DNA of 44,377 bases. Origin: Eubacteriales bacterium (lineage in GTDB: Bacteria > Bacillota > Clostridia > Oscillospirales > CAG-272). Positions 9,921-18,566 of the stretch are shown here, in pieces. Below the pieces are notes generated by a model, which was not told the DNA's origin, made no database searches, and saw nothing but the letters and a program-made list of their open reading frames with translations. The stretch's first letter is position 1, and every line of letters begins with the position of its first letter. The stretch lies in NCBI GenBank assembly GCA_045661185.1, contig JAZRFD010000097.1, positions 1 through 44,377 of the forward strand, in the 5' to 3' direction. Both the position numbers and the translations under genes were made by a program.

Positions 9921-10071
9921 TTTTGACACCTCCTAATACATGCTCATTAGCCGTTTTTTGCATAGTTCGGCTATTCTTTACTTCACAACGTCCATTATTA
10001 TATCATATGTTTTTGGAAATTGCAAGTCTTTTTTTTATTTTTTTTGTATTTTTTTCAATTTTCTTTTCATT

Positions 10072-11814
10072 TTAAGCGTTTTCGGTGTCGCATGCCGAAG
10101 AAACGTTCTCGTCAAGGGGTATGTCAACGGCTTTGGCCTCGGTTACACCGATCTCACGGTACGCAAGCACCTTTTTGGATTCGACCAGAATGCCGATCGG
10201 AAGCGCGCCCTCACTTGCCACGCGCAGATCGGTCAGACGACAGCCAACGCCTCGGCTCATGTGACGCAATCCGTCCGTAATGCTTTCTCCCACCAGAACG
10301 TGCGTGCCAAGGAGCGTGTCGGTCTGTGCAAGGTCTACCAAGCGGTCAAGCAGGGCACGGAGCGAACGAAAATCGGGAAGCCCGTTTTCGCGGAACGCGG
10401 GTGCGAGACAATAGACGTAGTGCCCGTCTCCCTCAAGCTCTGCGGAGATCGGCGCGCCCTTGCCGAGCGCAAACGCGCTGACGGTCGGGTGCTTCACGGT
10501 GGGATCCGCATGGATCGCAAGTCCCTCTGCCACGAGTGCAAGCTCCGTTTGTGCACGGTAGATGCCGAGTACGGTGGAAAGCACCTCACCGACGGTCTTG
10601 GGGTCGTCGCCCTCCGTCGGGAGCTCAAGACCGATGGAAAAGGCCTGCTTGCTATAATCCAATCCGCTTGCCGCCAACGTGAAAACGGGGGCGAGCGCAG
10701 TGTAGAGCGCGGTTTTAAAGAACGCGGACATGGGCGCGGAGGATGCGGCTGCGCAAATCAATTGCTCCATGCTTGCGACATCCGTATCACAACCGACCCG
10801 ATCTACACAGACGCGCGTGTCAATCGCCTCGGGCTCCTGCGCATATTCGTCGGCAAGCTCCGCCTTGACGGGCTTGTAGTGGAACAGCAAACGCATAAAC
10901 TGCGCGTTGAGCAAAATGGGCCGGGTCTGTCTTGTGCGGAAAAACTCAAAATTGCCGCCGCTTGATACCTCTGCAAACACGGTCGCCTTAATGTCGCACT
11001 CCTGCAAAAGCGGTAGAACCGCTTGTATTTCCTCTTTGGAAACGCGCAGAATACGCGAGGCGCCGTACTGGTTCGTCAGCACCGTCATAGGCACGGTCTC
11101 CTGCCATGCGGACAGAGCGGAAAGGTCGATCCGTACGCTGCCGAACAGCTCCAATAGCGTGTTCAAAATTCCACTGTCCTTGACCGTATATACGCCCAAA
11201 AGATGCTTTTTCAATGCTTCATCATCAAGAAACGCTTCTGCTTTTTTGCAAAAGGAAACGGAGGATTCATCGGGAGCGGGCGTGAGCAAAATCAAACGGT
11301 CACCCGCTTGCGGAGCCAATGCTGGATGAGGCAGCAGACGCAGACGAAATGCAGAGCGATCGGTTTTAACGCAGGATGCGGAGGGAGCCGAAATCATTTT
11401 ACAGATCCACTCGGGGGCGCAGGAAGCAGGCACCGTGGGCGCATGCTTGCCCACACGGAGCAGATACGCGTTGGCGATTCTTGCGGCCTCCGTCAACGTG
11501 CAGGGATAGGCTGCATGGGGGTTGACCTCCTTGCGCTTTTTGATCAGATCCGCGTAGGTCTCTGCCACAAACTCATCGTTCGTAAAGAGGTCGGTCGGTG
11601 CCAGCGCTCCGATCGTTTGCTCCTGAATCGCGGACAGGGCGTCCAGCATATACAGCTCGTCGACCGAGGGGTCTCGCTTTTCCTGCGTTTTATAGTGATT
11701 GACGCAAAACAGAAGCACGTCGCTTGACATTGAAAGCCGCCACGACTCCTTAAGGCGTTCTGCCAATTCGGGCGTGTAGAATCTGAAGCCCTGAATGATA
11801 TCCTGATAGTTCAT
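10072..11814 (-). CDS. PurL (FGAM synthase)-derived protein lacking catalytic motifs and glutaminase domain
   Basis: Colinear resemblance to the clostridial large PurL scaffold (LSMSSDVLLFCVNHYKTQEKRDPSVDE, AGDRLILL, LGIYRAQTELAL, PTVSAFA, ISAELE, GLPDF). SDHCRH, ETHNHP, GRTGRDG, DFGAGG and GGKDS are absent. ATG 11814 follows the mtaB stop by 5 bp. Confidence 0.7.
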   Translation of the reverse strand: MNYQDIIQGFRFYTPELAERLKESWRLSMSSDVLLFCVNHYKTQEKRDPSVDELYMLDALSAIQEQTIGALAPTDLFTNDEFVAETYADLIKKRKEVNPHAAYPCTLTEAARIANAYLLRVGKHAPTVPASCAPEWICKMISAPSASCVKTDRSAFRLRLLPHPALAPQAGDRLILLTPAPDESSVSFCKKAEAFLDDEALKKHLLGVYTVKDSGILNTLLELFGSVRIDLSALSAWQETVPMTVLTNQYGASRILRVSKEEIQAVLPLLQECDIKATVFAEVSSGGNFEFFRTRQTRPILLNAQFMRLLFHYKPVKAELADEYAQEPEAIDTRVCVDRVGCDTDVASMEQLICAAASSAPMSAFFKTALYTALAPVFTLAASGLDYSKQAFSIGLELPTEGDDPKTVGEVLSTVLGIYRAQTELALVAEGLAIHADPTVKHPTVSAFALGKGAPISAELEGDGHYVYCLAPAFRENGLPDFRSLRALLDRLVDLAQTDTLLGTHVLVGESITDGLRHMSRGVGCRLTDLRVASEGALPIGILVESKKVLAYREIGVTEAKAVDIPLDENVSSACDTENA

Positions 11815-11819
11815 AGATA

Positions 11820-13154
11820 TTACCTTTCTTTGATTTGTTCGTCGGTGCAAAGAATGCCGTGACAACGCGTTCCGTCATTTGAGCAAATGCGTACGGAAAG
11901 AGCTTGGTTATCCAAGGGAATTGCGGATGCGCACGCCACCTCAATAAAGCTTGGCGTATGTCCGCTCGCCACTCCGTCGTGATAGCTTTCAAACAACACC
12001 GAAACGGTTTTGCCGTTGTATCCGTCAAGGATCTCGGAGCGGATCTGCGCTTGCAGGTCGGACAGGCGCTTGACGCGCTCATGCTTGACCGATTCGGGAA
12101 GTTGGTTGGGCATGGTGGCGGCGGGGGTGCCTTGGCGCCTTGAATAAGGAAAGACGTGGATCATCAAAAAGCGCGCTTCACGCGCAAACGCCATCGTGTC
12201 CTCAAAATCCGCCTCATCTTCACCGGGAAAACCGACGATCATGTCGGTGGTGAATTGTACGTCGGGCATTGCGCTCCTCAGGCGCGCGATCGCGTCCAAG
12301 GCCATGCGGCGGTTATATTTGCGCTTCATAAGCGCCAGGATCTTATCCGATCCGCTTTGCATGGAAAGATGGAAATGAGGCGCCAGACATTCAAGAGGCG
12401 CGATCGCGTCCACGAAGGGCTGCTTGATCAGGGAAGGATCGAGCGACCCCAGTCGAACGCGGCCAATGTTTGGCACGTGATTGACGCGACAGAGCAGCGT
12501 TGCCAGGTCGCAGCCGTTGAGATCGCGCCCGTATGAGGCGGTTTCAATACCCGTCAGAACGATCTCGCGGCAGCCGCCCGCGCTCAGCGCGGTGACCTCG
12601 CGGATCACGTCATCGGGGGCTTTGGAACGGATTTTTCCGCGCGCGTCGGGAATGATACAGTAGGTGCAACGGCTTTCGCACCCGTCTTCAATTTTTACGT
12701 ATGCGCGCGTGCGGTCAAAATGGGTGATCTGCATTCGTTCAAAGCCGCAGGCGTCGGGGAGAGGGCAATGGATGCGAGGAGCGGCATTCTTTTTGCCACT
12801 CTCGCAAAGTGCGATTGCCGCATCCACGACCGATTGCTTTTCGGCGTTTCCGCAGATGTAATCAACCCCCTCGATGCGCGCGACCGCTTCCGGCTGGGTT
12901 TGGGAAAGGCAGCCTGTCACCAGCACGTATGCGGCGGGATTCCGCTTGATGGCACGACGGATAAACTGGCGCGCCTTGCGGTCGGATTCCGCCGTGACCG
13001 TGCAGGTGTTAATGACGTAAACGTCACAGGGGGCGTCGGGGGATTGAACGGTGAATCCGCGAGAGGCAAAGCCCTCTGCGATCGCCTCGGATTCATACTG
13101 ATTGACCTTACAGCCAAGGGTATAGATCCCGACGGTGTAGGAATGTGAGAGCAT
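11820..13154 (-). CDS. mtaB: tRNA t6A37 C2-methylthiotransferase MtaB
   Basis: TLGCKVNQYES, INTCTVT, radical SAM CESRCTYC, RVRLGSL, HVFPYSRRQGT. Confidence 0.95.
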   Translation of the reverse strand: MLSHSYTVGIYTLGCKVNQYESEAIAEGFASRGFTVQSPDAPCDVYVINTCTVTAESDRKARQFIRRAIKRNPAAYVLVTGCLSQTQPEAVARIEGVDYICGNAEKQSVVDAAIALCESGKKNAAPRIHCPLPDACGFERMQITHFDRTRAYVKIEDGCESRCTYCIIPDARGKIRSKAPDDVIREVTALSAGGCREIVLTGIETASYGRDLNGCDLATLLCRVNHVPNIGRVRLGSLDPSLIKQPFVDAIAPLECLAPHFHLSMQSGSDKILALMKRKYNRRMALDAIARLRSAMPDVQFTTDMIVGFPGEDEADFEDTMAFAREARFLMIHVFPYSRRQGTPAATMPNQLPESVKHERVKRLSDLQAQIRSEILDGYNGKTVSVLFESYHDGVASGHTPSFIEVACASAIPLDNQALSVRICSNDGTRCHGILCTDEQIKER

Positions 13155-13252
13155 TTATTTCTCCTTGAAATCGTAGTACCCTTATTTTATCATGTTTTTT
13201 GCCTCTTGTAAAGAAAAAAACGTAAAAAAACGCGCGAAAATAAAAAATATAC

Positions 13253-13281
13253 TTGCAAATAAGAAAAAATAATTGTATAAT
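13253..13281 (+). promoter_or_regulatory. SigA-type promoter for upp-rluA-lnt
   Basis: TTGCAA-17-TATAAT with an AT-rich UP region. Confidence 0.65.
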
Positions 13282-13319
13282 ATAGATGAATAAGAACCTG
13301 CCGAAGGAGGAAGATGCTT

Positions 13320-13949
13320 ATGTCAACCGTTCACGTGATGGATCACCCGCTGATCACACACAAGCTTTCCATTATGCGCAACAAGAAAACAGGCTCCAAG
13401 GATTTCCGTGAGCTGCTTGAGGAGATCGCAATGCTCATGGGGTACGAGCTGACGCGCGACCTGCCCCTGGAGGATGTCAGCATCGAAACACCGCTGACCA
13501 AAATGAAGGCGAAGATGATCTCGGGCAAAAAGCTGGCGATCGTGCCGATTTTGCGCGCGGGCCTTGGTATGGTGGACGGGCTTCAAAGCCTGATTCCCGT
13601 GGCAAAGGTGGGGCACATCGGGCTTTATCGCGACCCCGCGACTCACGAGCCCGTGGGATATTACTGCAAGCTTCCGCCGGACATCAACGAGCGTATCGTG
13701 ATCCTTGTCGACCCGATGCTGGCAACGGGCGGCTCTGCTGTAGATGCCCTCGATAACCTGAAAAAACGCGGATGCAAGCACATTCGCTTTATGTGCCTGG
13801 TGGCAGCTCCCGAGGGTGTGCGCCGCATTCAGGAAACGCATCCCGACGTGGATATTTATACCGCCGCTCTTGATGATCACCTCAACGAGCACGCGTATAT
13901 CGTACCGGGACTGGGAGATGCGGGCGACCGTATCTTCGGCACACTGTAA
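13320..13949 (+). CDS. upp: Uracil phosphoribosyltransferase
   Basis: [47 protein letters not shown] 13320 is better spaced from AGGAGG than 13314. Confidence 0.97.
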   Translation: MSTVHVMDHPLITHKLSIMRNKKTGSKDFRELLEEIAMLMGYELTRDLPLEDVSIETPLTKMKAKMISGKKLAIVPILRAGLGMVDGLQSLIPVAKVGHIGLYRDPATHEPVGYYCKLPPDINERIVILVDPMLATGGSAVDALDNLKKRGCKHIRFMCLVAAPEGVRRIQETHPDVDIYTAALDDHLNEHAYIVPGLGDAGDRIFGTL

Positions 13950-14009
13950 TCCAAACTGAAAAAGGAGCGTGGGGAAGCATGTTTCACAGGTTTCCCCACT
14001 GTCGTATTC

Positions 14010-14969
14010 ATGCAGATCATTACCGTAAAGCGTAACGACGCGGGGCAACGCCTGGATAAGTTCTTGTCCAAGGCGGTAAAAGGCCTTCCGCTGTCCTTGA
14101 TGTATAAATACATCCGCACGAAAAAGATCAAGGTCAATCGCGCGCGTACCCAGCAGAACTACATGCTGTGCGAGGGCGACGAGATCCAGCTCTTTATCCG
14201 TGAGGAGTTTTTTGCGTCGCCCGAACGCGATATGGGGGCGCTTTCGCGTATCCGGCCAAAGCTGGATATCGTTTACGAGGATGAACAAATCATGCTGCTC
14301 AACAAGCGCCCGGGTGTGCTCGTGCACGAGGATACCGCCGCGGCCGAAAACACGCTCATCATGCATATCAAGGCATATCTTGCGCAAAAGGGGGAATATG
14401 ATCCCGACGAGGAGCAATCCTTTGCTCCCGCGCTTTGCAACCGCATCGACCGCAACACGGGCGGCATTGTGATTGCCGCCAAAACGGCCGAGGCGTTGCG
14501 CGAGATGAACGAGCGGATTCGCAACGATGAGCTTCGCAAGTGCTATTTATGTGCCGCGCACGGGATCCTTCCGCGCAAGTCTGCCACGCTGACGGCGTAT
14601 CTGCGCAAGAATAGCGCAAACAACATGGTGGAAATTTCTGACACCAAGCGTCAGGGCTTTAAGGAGATCATCACAAAGTACCGCGTGCTGGAGGAGAAAA
14701 ACGACACGTCCCTCTTGGAGGTCGAGCTTGTCACGGGCAGAACGCACCAGATCCGCGCGCATCTTGCCTATATCGGGCATCCGCTTTTGGGCGACGGTAA
14801 ATACGGCGTCAACCGTGCCGACCGCCAAAAGGGCTATAAATTCCAAGCGCTTTATGCCTTCCGCCTGCGCTTTAAAGAAACCGAGCGCGAGGGCGCTTTG
14901 AAATATCTGGAGGGCAAGCAATTTGAGATCGACCGCGGTGATGTTTGGTTCTTAAAGGATTTTGAGTGA
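14010..14969 (+). CDS. RluA-family pseudouridine synthase with S4 domain (RluC-like)
   Basis: GQRLDKFL S4 domain, NKRPG, NRIDRNTGG (catalytic Asp), TGRTHQIRAH, GHPLLGDGKYG. Confidence 0.93.
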   Translation: MQIITVKRNDAGQRLDKFLSKAVKGLPLSLMYKYIRTKKIKVNRARTQQNYMLCEGDEIQLFIREEFFASPERDMGALSRIRPKLDIVYEDEQIMLLNKRPGVLVHEDTAAAENTLIMHIKAYLAQKGEYDPDEEQSFAPALCNRIDRNTGGIVIAAKTAEALREMNERIRNDELRKCYLCAAHGILPRKSATLTAYLRKNSANNMVEISDTKRQGFKEIITKYRVLEEKNDTSLLEVELVTGRTHQIRAHLAYIGHPLLGDGKYGVNRADRQKGYKFQALYAFRLRFKETEREGALKYLEGKQFEIDRGDVWFLKDFE

Positions 14970-14977
14970 GGGAACGT

Positions 14978-16573
14978 ATGGAAAGGGAACGCAACTATAT
15001 TTTGCCGTATCTGCTGGTAGGCGCAGCCCTGACGGGGCTGACGCTTGTTTTGCCGCAGATCGGTTTTTTGGAGTGGCTGATGATGATCCCGCTCTTTATC
15101 GGTGTCTATCGGCTTGGCACTTCCAAGCGGCATAAGCTGTGGCGCACGTACGGCTATGGATTTTTAACCGTTTTCTGCTTTTATCTCATCAATTATCGTT
15201 GGTTTATCGCGCTCTATCCCTTGGATTTTGTGGGGTTGGGGCATTCCGAATCTGCGTTTGTCGTGGTGGCGGGGAGCATCGGGCTCTCGCTTTTGCAGGC
15301 GATCCCCGGAGGACTCATCTTCGTGCTTTACAAGCTGCTCAACCGCACCGAGGTGTTTTTACGCGCGCCGCTTCTCAGACCAATCGCTTTTTCGGCGCTT
15401 TGGGTCATTTTTGAGTGGTCGAGCACACTGACATGGACGGGAGTGCCGTGGGGACGGCTCTGCCTTGGGCAAAGTGAATATCTGCCCGTTTTGCAATCCA
15501 TCTCGCTGTTCGGCTCCTATTTCCTCAGCTTTTTGATCCTTGTGGTCAACGGACTGTTGGCGTACGCGCTCCTGTTCCGTAAATACACACACCGCGCATT
15601 GGTTTGCGCGTCTGTAGCGCTTTCCATTGTCCTTGCGAACCTTTTGACGGGAACACTTCTGCTGCACGTGCGACACAAGCCGATCGACACGGTCAAGGCA
15701 GCGGTGGTGCAGGGAAACGTCAGCTCGCACGATAAATGGGATCCCGGAAGCTACAGCACCTCGCGCAAGATCTACGGAGAGCTGACGCGCAAGGCGGCAA
15801 AGGAAGGTGCCGAGCTTGTCGTCTGGCCCGAGACCGCGTTCCCGTATACGATCAATTACGACGGGGAATTGCGTGATTTCGTCAGCGAGCTGGCGATCGA
15901 ATGTGATCTGACGATCCTTGTCGGCACGATCTGTGAGGACGATGACGGAAATTCTTATAACGCGCTCTGCCTTGTCACGCCCGATGGCGTGATCCACGAC
16001 GATTATTATGCCAAGCGGCATCTCGTGCCCTTTGGCGAATACGTTCCAATGGCAGAGGTGATCGAAATTCTGTTTCCGCCTCTTGCAAACCTTTCAGCGC
16101 TTGGAAACGACCTGATGCCGGGTACCGATTCGGCATTGCTGGAGGCGGCAGGCGGGAAGGTCGGCGGACTGATCTGCTTTGACTCGATCTATGAGCAGCT
16201 GGCGCTTGACAGCGTCCGCGACGGAGCGGAGCTTTTGGTGCTTTCGAGTAACGATTCCTGGTTCAAGGATTCCGCCGCGATCTATCAGCACGAGGCGCAG
16301 GCAAGGCTGCGCGCCATCGAAACGGGCAGATACCTTGTCCGTGCGGGGAACACCGGTATTTCAACGGTCATCAGCGACAAGGGCGAGCATCTGGAATGGA
16401 TCGACGTATTGGAAAAGGATTATTTCGTGTGTGAGGTGGAGCTTCACGGTTATCGCACCCTCTATTCCGTGATCGGAAACACCTTCGTTTATCTTTGCCT
16501 GGCGTTTACCGTGTCTCTTTTCGGAATGGCCCTTTATTGGCGAAAAAAGAAAAACGTGGACACCATGCCTTGA
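14978..16573 (+). CDS. lnt: Apolipoprotein N-acyltransferase
   Basis: N-terminal multi-TM region with PWG..G.SQ-like and G.Y.LSF motifs. Nitrilase domain VVQGN, WPETA (Glu), KRHLVPFGEY (Lys), ICFDS (Cys), NDSWF, QH, RAIETGR, NTGIS. C-terminal TM after RTLYSVIG. Confidence 0.9.
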   Translation: MERERNYILPYLLVGAALTGLTLVLPQIGFLEWLMMIPLFIGVYRLGTSKRHKLWRTYGYGFLTVFCFYLINYRWFIALYPLDFVGLGHSESAFVVVAGSIGLSLLQAIPGGLIFVLYKLLNRTEVFLRAPLLRPIAFSALWVIFEWSSTLTWTGVPWGRLCLGQSEYLPVLQSISLFGSYFLSFLILVVNGLLAYALLFRKYTHRALVCASVALSIVLANLLTGTLLLHVRHKPIDTVKAAVVQGNVSSHDKWDPGSYSTSRKIYGELTRKAAKEGAELVVWPETAFPYTINYDGELRDFVSELAIECDLTILVGTICEDDDGNSYNALCLVTPDGVIHDDYYAKRHLVPFGEYVPMAEVIEILFPPLANLSALGNDLMPGTDSALLEAAGGKVGGLICFDSIYEQLALDSVRDGAELLVLSSNDSWFKDSAAIYQHEAQARLRAIETGRYLVRAGNTGISTVISDKGEHLEWIDVLEKDYFVCEVELHGYRTLYSVIGNTFVYLCLAFTVSLFGMALYWRKKKNVDTMP

Positions 16574-16598
16574 CTTTCAAGGCGTTCTATGGTAAAAT
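16570..16598 (+). promoter_or_regulatory. SigA-type promoter for the CxxC/4Fe-4S/TlpA operon
   Basis: TTGACT-17-TAAAAT with extended TG, overlapping the lnt stop codon. Confidence 0.6.
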
Positions 16599-16640
16599 AT
16601 TCAGTACTATCGCGAAGGAATTTCGCAGAAGGGAGTATCT

Positions 16641-17648
16641 ATGTCAAAAGAAACAGTCAAACGGATCCATTTGATCTACGGCATCGTTTTATCAGCTTTG
16701 ATCGTTGCCGTGGGCATTTGTCTGATCGCTTCCTGCATTGATATTTATAACAGCGGTGAGCAGGCGTTCTCACGCGAGAGTGTTGCCGCGCATTTTCAAA
16801 AAATTGCCGTTTTGGTGTATATTTGCCTTGGCGCTTTGCTTGGCGGAATCCTTCTTTCCATCGCCTTGCCCCTTGAAAAAAAGGCGGGCGCGGGAAAGAT
16901 TGAACCCAAATTAACCCTGCAAAGGCTTTCCCGCAAGCTGGATACCGAGGCGTGCGGTGAAAAATGCCGCGCGATGATTGCCAAGCAGCACAAATTCCGC
17001 GCAATCGTCAAGACCGTGGCGACGGTTTTGTGCGTGGCGTGTGCCGTTCCCGTGGTCATCTACCTGTTTGACCCCTACAACATCGGCACGGAGAACATCA
17101 ATCACGATCTTTTTTCCGCCATGCTCTTTACGGTCTGCTTTTTCCTTGATGCCGTGATCATTTGCTTTGCGGCAAGCAAGCTTTTGGAGCTTAGCATCGA
17201 CACGGAAACGCGCATCGTCAAGGCGGCATTGGCAAAGGGCTATGCTCTGAAAAAGCCGCGCGAGGACTCCGAGGAGGAAAAGCGCTGGAAGGCGTGGGGC
17301 ATCAACCTGACCCGCATCTTTGCCATCGCGGCATCCATGCTTGGAGCGGCCGCGTTCATCGGAAGCGTGATGTATCTTGGCGGCTTTACCACCGCAAAGC
17401 TGATGACAGGCTTTACCTTCGTTGCCGCGTGTGCGGTCGTCCTGATTTTGCTCCTTTTGGCTCTTTACTTTGGTGTTTGGCGCGAAAAAGAGGGCATCAA
17501 TTGGGAAAAGCGCGCCATCAACACAACACGCGTTCTTGTTTTATTGGTTGCGATCCTGTTTATCGTTCTCGGTGTGCGTAACGGGGGCATGCGTGACGTG
17601 CTTCAAAAGGCGATCCGCATCTGCACCGAGTGTATCGGTCTTGGTTAA
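16641..17648 (+). CDS. Polytopic membrane protein with C-terminal CD1871A-type CxxC motif
   Basis: About 7 hydrophobic segments; ends NGGMRDVLQKAIRICTECIGLG, the CD1871A-family signature. Confidence 0.75.
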   Translation: MSKETVKRIHLIYGIVLSALIVAVGICLIASCIDIYNSGEQAFSRESVAAHFQKIAVLVYICLGALLGGILLSIALPLEKKAGAGKIEPKLTLQRLSRKLDTEACGEKCRAMIAKQHKFRAIVKTVATVLCVACAVPVVIYLFDPYNIGTENINHDLFSAMLFTVCFFLDAVIICFAASKLLELSIDTETRIVKAALAKGYALKKPREDSEEEKRWKAWGINLTRIFAIAASMLGAAAFIGSVMYLGGFTTAKLMTGFTFVAACAVVLILLLLALYFGVWREKEGINWEKRAINTTRVLVLLVAILFIVLGVRNGGMRDVLQKAIRICTECIGLG

Positions 17649-17654
17649 AGGTAG

Positions 17655-18566
17655 GTGAGTGTGATGAAAATTGTTCAATGGTTTAAGGCACACAAGCCTA
17701 CAAAGCGCCGCTTGATCCAACTTTACTCAGCTCTGCTGTTCAACGCGAACCTCAAGGGCTTTGGAAACGGGCAGATCTACAAGGGACCCGTCAAAAACAT
17801 CTGCACTCCGGGATTGAACTGCTATTCCTGCCCGGGCGCGTCCGGCTCTTGCCCCTTGGGCGCTTTGCAGAACGCGGTGGCAAGCAGCAACCGCACCGTT
17901 CCGTATTACATCTTTGGCATCATTCTTTTGTTTGGCTTTTTGTTTGGCCGCTGGATCTGCGGCTTCCTTTGCCCCTTTGGCTTGATTCAGGATCTTTTGC
18001 ACAAGATCCCCACGCCCAAGATCAAAAAGGGAAGACTGACACGCATTCTGTCCTACTTCAAATACGTCGTGCTGGTCGTGTTCGTCTTTATCGTTCCGTT
18101 CCTTTACATGTTCCGTGATTTCCCGCTCCCGGGATTTTGCAAGTATTTTTGCCCCGCGGGAACGCTTGAGGGCGCGATCGGTCTGCTTTCCAACAAGGTC
18201 AACGAAAGCAGCTTCCGCATGCTGGGGCCGCTCTTTACGTGGAAATTCCTTTTGATGGTCAGCTGCATCGTCGGCGCGGTCTTTATCTACCGCATTTTCT
18301 GCCGATTCCTCTGTCCTCTGGGCGCGCTTTACGGTCTGTTTAACAAGATCTCGCTCCTGGGCGTGAAGATGGAGCGCTCCAAATGTATCGACTGCGGAAA
18401 ATGTATCACCGTTTGCCAAATGGACATCAAGCACGTTGGTGACCACGAGTGCATCTCCTGCGGCGCGTGCATTGGCATCTGTCCCACAAACGCGATCTCC
18501 TATAAGGGCGGCAAGGTCAAGATTGCTCCCAACGAAATTGGGGAGGTGAAGAATGATGAAGCATAA
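17655..18566 (+). CDS. Membrane 4Fe-4S binding protein (NapH/YccM-like)
   Basis: PGLNCYSCP..CPLG, GRWICGFLCPFG, FCKYFCPAG, FCRFLCPLG, and ferredoxin motifs CIDCGKCITVC and CISCGACIGICP. Confidence 0.88.
   Translation: MSVMKIVQWFKAHKPTKRRLIQLYSALLFNANLKGFGNGQIYKGPVKNICTPGLNCYSCPGASGSCPLGALQNAVASSNRTVPYYIFGIILLFGFLFGRWICGFLCPFGLIQDLLHKIPTPKIKKGRLTRILSYFKYVVLVVFVFIVPFLYMFRDFPLPGFCKYFCPAGTLEGAIGLLSNKVNESSFRMLGPLFTWKFLLMVSCIVGAVFIYRIFCRFLCPLGALYGLFNKISLLGVKMERSKCIDCGKCITVCQMDIKHVGDHECISCGACIGICPTNAISYKGGKVKIAPNEIGEVKNDEA

Noticed and set aside
9940-10965. 341-aa + strand ORF
   Set aside because: Antisense shadow of the PurL-like gene. It starts in low-complexity promoter DNA and has no SD or motifs.
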